Positions 51,844-62,950 of a stretch of 64,000 nucleotides of DNA are shown in pieces. The position numbers were made by a program, and so were the translations under genes. This stretch comes from Macrostomum lignano (Eukaryota), in contig NIVC01001856.1 of NCBI GenBank assembly GCA_002269645.1, forward strand, positions 124,001-188,000. The letters run 5' to 3'. Positions within the stretch are counted from its first letter, which is position 1, and each line of letters begins with the position of its first letter. The notes beneath the pieces are model-generated. The model saw only the letters and a list, made by a program, of their open reading frames with translations. It did no database searches and had not been told where the DNA came from.

Positions 51844-52239
51844 ATCTGTAATTTGTTGCAAGCAAGTGCCGATTGATTTATTAGCAATAGAACAAATCGA
51901 CAGGAATAAGCGGCTGCCTAAAAATTTCTTTCATTTAAATTGACTACTCAAATTTTGAGGACACTGTAGATTTATAAAGATCTAACTCCAGCAAAAAAGC
52001 TAATTCTATACCTAAGGAATTTCTGAAATTCTAAATAGGAATTATCTGTGTTAGTTTAGGTTTCTCGGTTAAACACAAGCTAAGCTTCTGTAGTGCAAAA
52101 ACATATTTTTGCTTGCAAGGAATGAGCAAAGCTGTCTTTGAAAAAATCCAATATGGAGAGCTACTGAAATCGATTTTTTTAGCTTCCAAACGTTTTCTGC
52201 GCTCGATGCAAATGAAAATGTTATTGGAAACGAAGGGGA

Positions 52240-53045
52240 AGGGGTAAGCGGTGGGTGCAGAAGGATTGAGGGCGTGTGCAGTGGAATAGGTAAGTGGTGG
52301 GTGCTGAAGGATTGAGGGCGTGTGCAGTGGAATAGGTAAGCGGTGGGTGCTGAAGGATTGAGGGCATGTGCAGTGGAATAGGTAAGCGGTGGGTGCTGAA
52401 GGATTGAGGGCATGTGCAGTGGAATAGGTAAACGGTGGGTGCTGAAGGATTGGGGGCATGTGCAGTGGAATAGGTAAGCGGTGGTTGCTGAAGGATTGAG
52501 GGCATGTGCAGTGGAATAGGTAAGCGGTGGGTGCTGAAGGATTGAGGGCATGTGCAGTGGAATAGGTAAGCGGTGGGTGCTGAAGGATTGAGGGCATGTG
52601 CAGTGGAATAGGTAAGCGGTGGGTGCTGAAGGATTGAGGGCATGTGCAGTGGAATAGGTAAGCGGTGGGTGCTGAAGGATTGAGGGCATGTGCAGTGGAA
52701 TAGGTAAGTGGTGGGTGCTGAAGGATTGGAGGCGTGTGCAGTGGAATAGGTAAGTGGTGGTTGCTGAAGGATTGGAGGCGTGTGCAGTGGAATAGGTAAG
52801 TGGTGGTTGCTGAAGGATTGAGGGCGTGTGCAGTGGAATAGGTAAGTGGTGGGTGCTGAAGGATTGAGGGCATGTGCAGTGGAATAGGTAAGTGGTGGTT
52901 GCTGAAGGATTGAGGGCATGTGCAGTGGAATAGGTAAGTGGTGGTTGCTGAAGGATTGAGGGCATGTGCAGTGGAATAGGTAAGCGGTGGGTGCTGAAGG
53001 ATTGAGGGCATGTGCAGTGGAATAGGTAAGCGGTGGTTGCTGAAG
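52240..53045. repeat. 46-bp minisatellite, duplication unit 2
   Basis: GTGCTGAAGGATTGAGGGCATGTGCAGTGGAATAGGTAAGCGGTGG tandem; related to the 41-bp unit. Confidence 0.96.
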
Positions 53046-54674
53046 GATCAGGACTGGTACTCGTAAAAACTGCGTTTACCCGCATAACCAAAGAATGCAG
53101 AAGTCAAATGATGCTCAAACTGCTGTATGAAATGAAGTAGCAGGTGTAATGAACAAGCTGGGTAATTTCATGCTGCGCACAGTCATAATCTACAGAGAGG
53201 TAAGAACTTATATTTACGAGATTTACGTTTATTATTAGTGGTTGTTTGCCGACATCGGTTTGATTAAAACAAATGCTAAATGCGTACAATACAATAATGG
53301 AATTAAAACTGTATTCTATAAAAGTTGTAGCTAATGGCAAAACATATGTGAGCGAAGAACAATTACAATTTTCAATAACGGAATATAAAGATAGCAGTAG
53401 ACGATCAGAGATTCGGGTCCATTTCTTAGATGTCTATGGCCGAACCTCATAATTCGTAACAGATGAAAGTTTAATAAGTCATATTAAATAACAATAATAT
53501 TCTACAGCCATATTATAATTAATCAATATGCTGTACCAATAATAAATTAAGAATAAATAAATTAAAACGTTTTATTTTTTTATTAAAGATATAAGTCATT
53601 AAAATATTAGAGTATGAATCAGATCAAATTGTTTAATAATTTTGTAAATCACTGTAACAGTCGAGAAATTGAACTTAGAAAATTTACTATCAAATCTTAA
53701 TTCCATTTAGGTCCTTGTCAGTGCTAAAGAACGAATCAATTTGCACTGACTCGATAGTCTTTCTGACCATAGACAATCAGCAGGCGAATAGTAGGCTTTT
53801 ACATGCAGTAGCCTAAAATACATGTAAGGTTGGCGACGGTGAGGGTGAAAAAAACGACGCCGGCAATGGCGTACGGCGACATCAAAAGGCGACAGCAAGT
53901 AGAAATGCGGCGATGATATTGGTAACGATGATTAGTGGCAGCCATGGTGACAATAAACAATCAGGTATAGTGACAATGAATCGATGAAGTCAACGATTTT
54001 TCGAGGAACTGACGATTTGGCAGGTGGGGCAATTATAAATGATGTCTCGGTGAGACCTGCAAAAATATGAGGGAGTTCAGATATTTTATATGATATGAAC
54101 GATAGTGCTTGTGCTGAGCGTTAATTGCATCTAGCAATAAAAATGATAACAACCTTAACATTAAAGATGGTAGTTGTAGTATTTTTCCTGTTATTTTCAA
54201 TAACCCATCTGCGTATTTACTTATTATTTTCACTCTACAGTAGGTTTGCAATTCTTTGATATTAAATTTGTTTGTTTTTACCTTACACTTCCAACATTGC
54301 TTAATTAATTCGATAATGTTCAACAAATATTGATTCGCTTAGTTCGTCGTTTGCCCGCACCTATATAATAAAATCTTCGATTTGACGTTTTGCTCTGAAA
54401 TCTTCTTATTTTCGCTCTAGAACGTTCGATATTCTTTCGATAATTAGTATGCGCGCGCCTTTTTACTTTTAAGTAGTATCGTGTGCTTATCCTTCATTCG
54501 AGCTTGCCTTTTTCGGAGGAGGGGAGGTTGTGGACGTGGACGTGGATTGCATTTTTCTAATGTGACTTAGGATTACTTTTGGAATTAATATTTAAAAGCT
54601 ATATTTATTTTGACCTTATGTTTTTTTATTTTTATATTTACTGTATTATCTTATTTGGTTTATTTGGTTTATGA

Positions 54675-55765
54675 CGACGCGTGGGTCGACGTCAACCGGA
54701 GAGGCGGCTCAGCGTGCTTGGCTACGCCGACGACCTCGCCCTGCTGTCCTCAACTGTCGAGGGCGCCCAGCGACAACTGGACAAGCTAGTTGCTGTTGCG
54801 GCGAGTGTCGGCCTGGTGGTCAACACGCAGAAAACCGTCGTGCTCTGCGTGCCGGACGACATCGAAGCTGCGATTTTGTTCCGAGGCGCTGATGGACAGG
54901 CGACAGAGCTTCCGCGTCGTGCAGAGACATCCGGGCTGCCATCATGACCCTCTCTGGTCACGGCTGCTTCTCCAGGCACCAGTACCTGCAGGGCAACGCC
55001 ACCAACGCCACCTGTAGTTTCTGCAACTCAGGTGACGAAACCGCTGAGCATTTCGTCAGCATCTGTCCCGCGTTCACGCGGGCCAGACTCACTTACCTCG
55101 GGCCACACACATCTATTACTAAAGTGTGCAAACCCGAAAACTTTAATCAGCTCATGCGCTACCTTCGGGCCACCCGCAGGGCTGAACTCTCCTTTCCAGA
55201 GAGCACTATAGCTGCTGGCGACACTGGGGGACCTCCCTGGGCGGCGCCAACCCTCCGTCCATAGCGACGCGTCGGCCGTTCAGGGACTAGCGGAATGGGC
55301 GCCCGCGCCTTCCCGCTGTGTCCCCTCCGGGACAGCCCTGCAGTTAAGTCAAGTAAGTCAAGAGCTTCCGCGTTTTCAGCAGTTCGTCTACCTCGGCGGT
55401 CTGGTTCCCGGTGTCCGCGAGGATTTGCGGCGTCGCCGCGGGCTTGCCTGGGCTGCCTTTCGTTCTGTGATAGCGGTCCTGCAGTCCGAGGCCTTAGCTG
55501 ACCGCCAGAGGGTGGCGTTGTTCCAGGTGGTGGTCGAGACCGTCCTGCTGTACAACGCCGAGACATGGACGCTGACGGAGTCGCTCGAGCAACAAGTTGA
55601 CGCGGCGCACGCTGGCCTGCTGCGCGCCGCCTTCAAGATCGGCTACGAGCGAGTGACCAACGCGGCATTGTATCGCCGCGCCGGCCTGGTCCGTCCAAGC
55701 GACCTGCTGCGCCATCGACGACTCCAGCTGGCAGGCCACATCATCTGCGCCGAGTCGTACTGCCA
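54675..55765 (+). mobile_element. RTE-clade LINE fragment (RT C-terminal part), interrupted by a nested insertion
   Basis: LGYADDLALLS...VGLVVNTQKT...ELPR | FQQFVYLGG...RRRGLAWAAF...VETVLLYNAETWTLT...RRLQLAGHI. Confidence 0.88.
54918..55360 (+). mobile_element. 3' end of a second LINE (CCHC C-terminus) inserted into the RTE fragment
   Basis: TLSGHGCF...CSFCNSGDETAEHFVSICPAF; AAGT/AGTC-repeat tail; 13-bp TSD AGAGCTTCCGCGT at 54905-54917 and 55361-55373. Confidence 0.88.
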
Positions 55766-56682
55766 CACCTGACTGCCTCGCCGGCACACCTGACTGCTTT
55801 GCAGCCACACCTGACTGCCTCGCCGGCACACCTGACTGCTTCGCTGCCACACCTGACTGCCTCGCCGCCACACCTGACTGCCTCGCCGCCACACCTGACA
55901 GCTTCGATGCCCCTCCTGTTGCTGTCGACGGCCCTGCATCCAGTTCTCAATTATGCCTGAGTCCTATTCGTGTGCATTGTGCAGCAGGTATTTGGCGCAT
56001 TGCTGCAAACAACCATGAAGAACTCGATGATATCGCTTTCGAAGAACAACAAAGTTCTGTGAGTATTAATGAATTTAGTGCGTCTATATCTTATTCCCCC
56101 CTCTCTCTCTCCCCTGTCTGCCTCTTCGTCTGCCTCTTTCCCTTCCCTACTTGAATTTGTATTGTATGAATTCTTGTTCTAAATTCCTCCAGCCAGCCTC
56201 TATCCGTGGCTCACCTGACAACCCCGCTGTCTGCCGCGCTGCCCCACCTGACTGCCTCCCGGGCACACCTGACGACCTCGCTGCCACACCTGACTGCCGC
56301 GCTGCCACAGCTGACTGCCTCGCCGTCACACCTGATAGCTTCGATTCCCCACCTGTTGCTGTGGACGAGCCTGCATCCAGTTCCCACTTGAGACTGAGTC
56401 CTATTCGTATGCATCGTGTAGCAGGTATTTGGTGCATCGCTGCAAACAACCATGAAGAGCTCGGTGATATTGCTTGTGAAGAACAAGCCGGTGACAATGC
56501 TGGTGACCGCCAAGTTAATGATCAAAGCGGCTATCAACATGGTGAACAAACTGTCGAGTACTGCGGCGACCAAGCCGGCTACGAACCTGGCGACCATATC
56601 GGTGACAATTTGCATGACCAAGCCGACGAGCAAGCGTGTGAAAGATGTGTAGTTCATCCGGTTCGTCTTCGTCATGAAGCAG
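55763..56682 (+). other. Candidate pair of duplicated low-complexity exons (~55763-56058 and 56193-56682)
   Basis: ATPDCLA 21-bp repeats and the SFD.PPVAVD.PASSS...IAANNHEEL.DIA.EEQ block occur twice; GTGAGT donor 56059, polypyrimidine tract and CCAG acceptor 56192 join in phase 0; GTATGT donor 56683. Confidence 0.4.
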
Positions 56683-57794
56683 GTATGTGACGCATGTCTT
56701 CAACAGTGGATGGTTGCACGGGATCTGTGGTTGGCGCGCACTACAGGGTTGCGGAAGAGAATAATAACAAGAGGGACCAAAGGCCGAGTAGTAGGAAAAG
56801 CAGTGTCAGTGGTCAAAGCATGTTTCTTCGGAGTCGTTGCAGTCACGAAGGCAGTCTTCGGTCGGAGCGCGGTTGCAAGTTGGCTGTCGGAACCTTGTCT
56901 CGGGGAGCAGGCGCGCACTCGGCGTTTCGTCGATTGCCTGCTGGCTGACGCCGGCGCCCCGGATTCGGCCGGCGGCGTGGCGTTCATTCGCGACCTTGCC
57001 TTGAAGCGCGCCCTGAGACGCTAAATGCGTATTCTGTTGTTGTTGTTGTTATTGTTTATTAACTTTGTTTATCTATTTCCAGAAGTGTGGTCCATTCAAA
57101 CTTGTTTAGTTCTTTTTGCCATTTTCCGCGCTCTGAGTGTTACTTCTCCCGTAGGCTTGGCATCACCGTTAGTAATAGTGTCAGATTGTATCTTTGACAC
57201 GCGCAGCTAGTGGGCATTGCTATACTAAAACTACGCGCTCATACTATCTAATATTAAGGTTGTTTTCATTTTTATTGCTAGATGGAATTAACGCTCAGCA
57301 CGTGCACCATCGTTCATATCAACTAAAATATCTGAACTTCCTCACACACATTACCGATTCCGGAACCAGAATCGGTTCGGATCTTCCAAGAAAAAAGCAG
57401 TATTTATAACATAACTATTTAACTTTGTTGAATTTTTAAATACCAATTGACAGCCTCACTTTGCACAATTATTTAAATTTCTTCTTGGTTATTGCCATTC
57501 AATAATTAAAATATGTAATGTGCAGTACGGCATGCTAATTTTATTGACTGTTTGTTATTACTGCCCTCCCTTGACCCCGCAATGCAGTGCCATTGACAAA
57601 TATCATGTTCCAGGATTTATGGCAGTAGCTGCCCGCTAATCTGCGGGCAGTTTAACAACAGTTTCACATACGAGATATAATTAGGAAAAGCTTCGTTTTC
57701 ATCAAATGAAAGTGTCTATGATTACAGGGTATTAATATACTATTGAATATTTTATGCCAAATTTTATTGGAGACGAGAGGCGCTAAAGTACTGA

Positions 57795-59050
57795 GGGGAT
57801 GGGGAAGGGGTAAGCGGTGGGCTCTGAAGGATTGAGGGGATGGGGAAGGGGTAAGCGGTGGGCTCTGAAGGATTGAGGGGATGGGGAAGGGGTTCAAGCG
57901 GTGGGCTCTGAAGGATTGAGGGGATGGGGAAGGGGTTCAAGCGGTGGGCTCTGAAGGATTGAGGGGATGGGGAAGGGGTAAGCGGTGGGCTCTGAAGGAT
58001 TGACGGGATGGGGAAGGGGTAAGCGGTGGGCTCTGAAGGATTGAGGGGATGGGGAAGGGGTAAGCGGTGGGCTCTGAAGGATTGACGGGATGGGGAAGGG
58101 GTAAGCGGTGGGCTCTGAAGGATTGAGGGGATGGGGAAGGGGTTCAAGCGGTGGGCTCTGAAGGATTGAGGGGATGGGGAAGGGGTAAGCGGTGGGCTCT
58201 GAAGGATTGAGGGGATGGGGAAGGGGTTCAAGCGGTGGGCTCTGAAGGATTGAGGGGATGGGGAAGGGGTTCAAGCGGTGGGCTCTGAAGGATTGATGGG
58301 ATGGGGAAGGGGTAAGCGGTGGGCTCTGAAGGATTGAGGGGATGGGGAAGGGGTAAGCGGTGGGCTCTGAAGGATTGAGGGGATGGGGAAGGGGTTCAAG
58401 CCGTGGGCTCTGAAGGATTGACGGGATGGGGAAGGGGTAAGCGGTGGGCTCTGAAGGATTGAGGGGATGGGGAAGGGGTTCAAGCGGTGGGCTCTGAAGG
58501 ATTGAGGGGATGGGGAAGGGGTAAGCGGTGGGCTCTGAAGGATTGAGGGGATGGGGAAGGGGTTCAAGCGGTGGGCTCTGAAGGATTGAGGGGATGGGGA
58601 AGGGGTAAGCGGTGGGCTCTGAAGGATTGAGGGGATGGGGAAGGGGTTCAAGCCGTGGGCTCTGAAGGATTGAGAGGATGGGGAAGGGGTAAGCGGTGGG
58701 CTCTGAAGGATTGAGGGGATGTGAAAGGGGTTCAAGCGGTGGGCTCTGAAGGATTGAGGGGATGGGGAAGGGGTAAGCGGTGGGCTCTGAAGGATTGAGG
58801 GGATGGGGAAGGGGTAAGCGGTGGGCTCTGAAGGATTGAGGGGATGGAGAAGGGGTTCAAGCCGTGGGCTCTGAAGGATTGAGAGGATGGGGAAGGGGTT
58901 CAAGCGGTGGGCTCTGAAGGATTGAGAGGATGGGGAAGGGGTTCAAGCGGTGGGCTCTGAAGGATTGAGGGGATGGGGAAGGGGTTCAAGCGGTGGGCTC
59001 TGAAGGATTGAGAGGATGTGGAAGGGGTTCAAGCCGTGGTCTCTGAAGGA
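57795..59050. repeat. 41/43-bp minisatellite, duplication unit 3
   Basis: GGGGATGGGGAAGGGG(T/TTC)AAGCGGTGGGCTCTGAAGGATTGA tandem. Confidence 0.96.
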
Positions 59051-59913
59051 TCAGTACTGGTAAATATTTGTATACATCCAAAGAAGAATAACAAAGTCAA
59101 AAGATGCTCATTAATTTTTGCTCAAAAGAATTGTTGTACAATTGTATATTCATACGGACCTTAATATGAAATGCAGTTGCAGGTGTCATGAACAGCTGCG
59201 TTTCATGTTGTTCACAGTCATAATCTACATAGGAAAGAAATTCGTATACAGAACTTAAATACGACAGAAAATACGTTTTTTATTAGTGGCTACTTGCCAC
59301 TTCCTTTTGATTAAAACAATTCTAGATGCGTACGATACGAAAATTAAATGAAAGTTGCATTGAATAGAAGTTGTATTGACAAAAAATTACAATTTGCAAG
59401 GACAAAATGTAAAAATACGAGCGTAACAGCAATTTCTAAAATGTTTATGGCCGAACTTGATTATTTAAAACAAAAAATAAAATCACGAAAAAAACAATAA
59501 TAGTATATCATAATCAAATTACAATTCTTTACACTTTAGTATGCTATAATATATATTATGTACGTTGTCCGGACTCAACAGTTGTTTTTGGCCATAGACA
59601 TGATCAGTAGGCAAACAGGTTAGCTCAGACTAAATAGCTCGTACCTATAAAATATGATAGGTCAATACTGTTACGATCGTAATAAGCGTATTGATATTGG
59701 TCTAACTTTTGTAAAGCAGGATGAATGTACAAAATTTTATCTTGCATGCACTGCATTGTATTGTTCGGGCAGTATTACGACATGCTACTTTTATTGACTA
59801 TTTGCTTTTTAGTCTGACGTCGAAGACGTCGGATTGAACATTCCAATCATTTTAAGCTAATTTTCAACCTAATCTACCACGAATGAATCTGAGTGAGTGC
59901 AGCATGTCTCAAA

Positions 59914-60480
59914 TCAATTATGAATTGGATTGGCCACTGGCGGCATGGGGACCCCGGCCGACACGGAGGGCAGCGGGCCGCTATTGCCGCCGCTGTTCAC
60001 CACCACAGCGCCGGCCGCGTTGTCAAAGAACGCGAAGGCGAACGCCGAATTATTTCGACGACGTCTCGACGAACGTCGATACCGACGCTCCAGCGCTTCT
60101 TCCTCGCGAATTCGGCGCTGCTCAGTTGGCGACGGTTGCCGACCGCCGCCGATGGAGGCGAGCAGGCGGCCCAGTCGGTCGCTGCAGGCCTCGGCTGTGC
60201 GGCGGAGCGCCCGGCCAAACTGGTTTAAGCTGCCGCTGCCGCCTTCGCTGTCGACTTGACTCGATTTGTCGCTTTGACTCGACAGCGGCTGCTGGCCGGC
60301 CGCAATGGCCGAGTCGTCCTCTGGCGCGCCATTGTCCTCGCTTGTGTACACCAGCCGTCGGCGCGTCTGCGGGGTCCGGCGACGCCGGCGACGCCGTGGC
60401 AGACCGGTGTCCTCGTCCTCCACCTCAGCCGAGTCCGTCGCCGCCGGCTCATTGTTGACTTGATCGCTGCAAGCGTCCAT
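59914..60480 (-). CDS. Hypothetical low-complexity protein (188 aa from ATG 60480) with a BH3-like motif
   Basis: GC-rich open frame MDACSDQV...SLNQFGRALRRTAEACSDRL...NPIHN; Arg-rich tracts; no recognisable folded domain. Confidence 0.55.
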   Translation of the reverse strand: MDACSDQVNNEPAATDSAEVEDEDTGLPRRRRRRRTPQTRRRLVYTSEDNGAPEDDSAIAAGQQPLSSQSDKSSQVDSEGGSGSLNQFGRALRRTAEACSDRLGRLLASIGGGRQPSPTEQRRIREEEALERRYRRSSRRRRNNSAFAFAFFDNAAGAVVVNSGGNSGPLPSVSAGVPMPPVANPIHN

Positions 60481-60752
60481 GGCCTGCTGCTGATGCCGCT
60501 GCAGTGCCGCCTGCGATGCAAGTGGGGCCGCCGCCAGGGATTTTATGAGGATGGGGGACAACGCAAAAGCATTTTTAACCCATAACTGCAAGCACGCGCA
60601 CTGATTAAGGCTGGAGCAATCCCTCCACAAGCTCGCATGTGGATCTGGACAGCAGCTCAGCAGCTCCCATTGTACCCCAAACTGCCTGAGCTAAAAAACA
60701 CTACAGGCGGCCCGGCAGCAGTGCACGAAGGAAGGAAATAATGGACTAAACA

Positions 60753-60926
60753 ATGTTGCAGAAATTCACTGAAGCACGGACGAAAATGAACGGGGTACAC
60801 AGAGAGAGAGGCCTGTCAGCTGCCATAGCTGCATTCAGGCGAAAGCGAATCGGTGGCTTGAGGTGGGTGAGATTGCTGCTTCTGCTGCTGCTGTTTGCTG
60901 GCGAGCTTGCTGCAGAAGACTGCCAG
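60753..60926 (+). CDS. Probable first coding exon of a secreted/membrane protein (rest not located)
   Basis: ...LRWVRLLLLLLLFAGELAAEDCQ followed by the strong donor CAG|GTGAGT at 60926/60927; start could be 60753 or 60786. Confidence 0.5.
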
Positions 60927-61214
60927 GTGAGTAAAGGAGAGAGTTAGAGAGAAATGCCTCTTGGCTACTGGCTTTTGCAAATACCAATGGCGAAATGCAT
61001 CTTGAGGAGCGCATGTTGGCGGCATGTAAAGCGTGCTTAGAGGCGCTGTATTGAACTTTTAGTTTCCTACTATGAAACAATATCTGCTATGAAATACAGT
61101 CTGCCTGCCACCAATAAAGTTCTGCAGAAGCAGAATAATAACATAGTTTAATTTTCTTTGATGCTCATAACTCTAAAATTCAAAGATCTCTTGCAGTAGT
61201 TTTATTTAGCTAAC

Positions 61215-62950
61215 TGGCATTGGCTAAAAAAACTGGCACTGGCTCAAATGAACTGGCACTGGCTCAAATAAACTGGCACTGGCTAAAAAAACTGGCACTG
61301 GCTAAAAAAACTGGCACTGACTCAAATGAACTGGCACTGGCTAAAAAAACTGGCACTGGCTCAAATGAACTGGCACTGGCTCAAATGAACTGGCACTGGC
61401 TCAAATGAACTGGCACTGGCTCAAATGAACTGGCACTGGCTCAAATGAACTGGCACTGGCTCAAATGAACTGGCACTGGCTCAAATAAACTGGCACTAGC
61501 TCAAATGAACTGGCACTGGCTCAAATGAACTGGCACTGGCTCAAATGAACTGGCACTGGCTCAAATAAACTGGCACTGGCTCAAATGAACTGGCACTGGC
61601 TCAAATGAACTGGCACTGGCTCAAATGAACTGGCACTGGCTCAAATAAACTGGCACTGGCTCTAATGAACTGGCAATGGCTCAAATGAACTGGCACTGGC
61701 TCAAATAAACTGGCACTGGCTCAAATGAACTGGCACTGGCTCAAATGAACTGGCACTGGCTCAAATGAACTGGCAATGGCTCAAATGAACTGGCACTGGC
61801 TCAAATGAACTGGCACTGGCTCAAATGAACTGGCACTGGCTCAAATAAACTGGCACTGGCTCAAATGAACTGGCACTGGCTCAAATGAACTGGCACTGGC
61901 TCAAATGAACTGGCAATGGCTCAAATGAACTGGCACTGGCTCAAATGAACTGGCACTGGCTCAAATGAACTGGCACTGGCTCAAATGAACTGGCACTGGC
62001 TCAAATGAACTGGCACTGGCTCAAATGAACTGGCACTGGCTCAAATAAACTGGCACTAGCTCAAATGAACTGGCACTGGCTCAAATGAACTGGCACTGGC
62101 TAAACTGGCACTGGCTCAAATGAACTGGCACTGGCTCAAATGAACTGGCACTGGCTCAAATGAACTGGCACTGGCTCAAATAAACTGGCACTAGCTCAAA
62201 TGAACTGGCACTGGCTCAAATGAACTGGCACTGGCTCAAATGAACTGGCACTGGCTCAAATAAACTGGCACTGGCTCAAATGAACTGGCACTGGCTCAAA
62301 TAAACTGGCACTGGCTCTAATGAACTGGCACTGGCTCAAATAAACTGGCACTGGCTCAAATGAACTGGCACTGGCTAAACTGGCACTGGCTAAACTGGCA
62401 CTGGCTCAAATAAACTGGCACTGGCTCTAATGAACTGGCACTGGCTCAAATAAACTGGCACTGGCTCTAATGAACTGGCACTGGCTGAAATAAACTGGCA
62501 CTGGCTCAAATGAACTGGCACTGGCTAAACTGGCACTGGCTAAACTGGCACTGGCTCAAATGAACTGGCACTGGCTCAAATGAACTGGCACTGGCTCAAA
62601 TGAACTGGCACTGGCTCAAATGAACTGGCACTGGCTCAAATGAACTGGCACTGGCTCAAATAAACTGGCACTGGCTCAAATGAACTGGCACTGGCTCAAA
62701 TAAACTGGCACTGGCTCAAATGAACTGGCACTGGCTAAACTGGCACTGGCTAAACTGGCACTGGCTCAAATGAACTGGCACTGGCTCAAATGAACTGGCA
62801 CTGGCTCAAATAAACTGGCACTGGCTCAAATGAACTGGCACTGGCTCAAATAAACTGGCACTGGCTCAAATGAACTGGCACTGGCTCAAATAAACTGGCA
62901 CTGGCTCAAATGAACTGGCACTGGCTCAAATAAACTGGCACTGGCTCAAA
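61215..62950. repeat. 20-bp minisatellite (AACTGGCACTGGCTCAAATG)n
   Basis: ~85 tandem units with shorter variants. Confidence 0.98.

Noticed and set aside
56683-56706. 24-nt GT..AG mini-intron that would remove a TGA and extend the acidic ORF
   Set aside because: Shorter than plausible spliceosomal introns; no supporting evidence.
46841-58903. Pro/His-rich ORFs (MPSILQHPP..., NPFPIPSILQ...)
   Set aside because: Translations of the 41/46/43-bp minisatellites.
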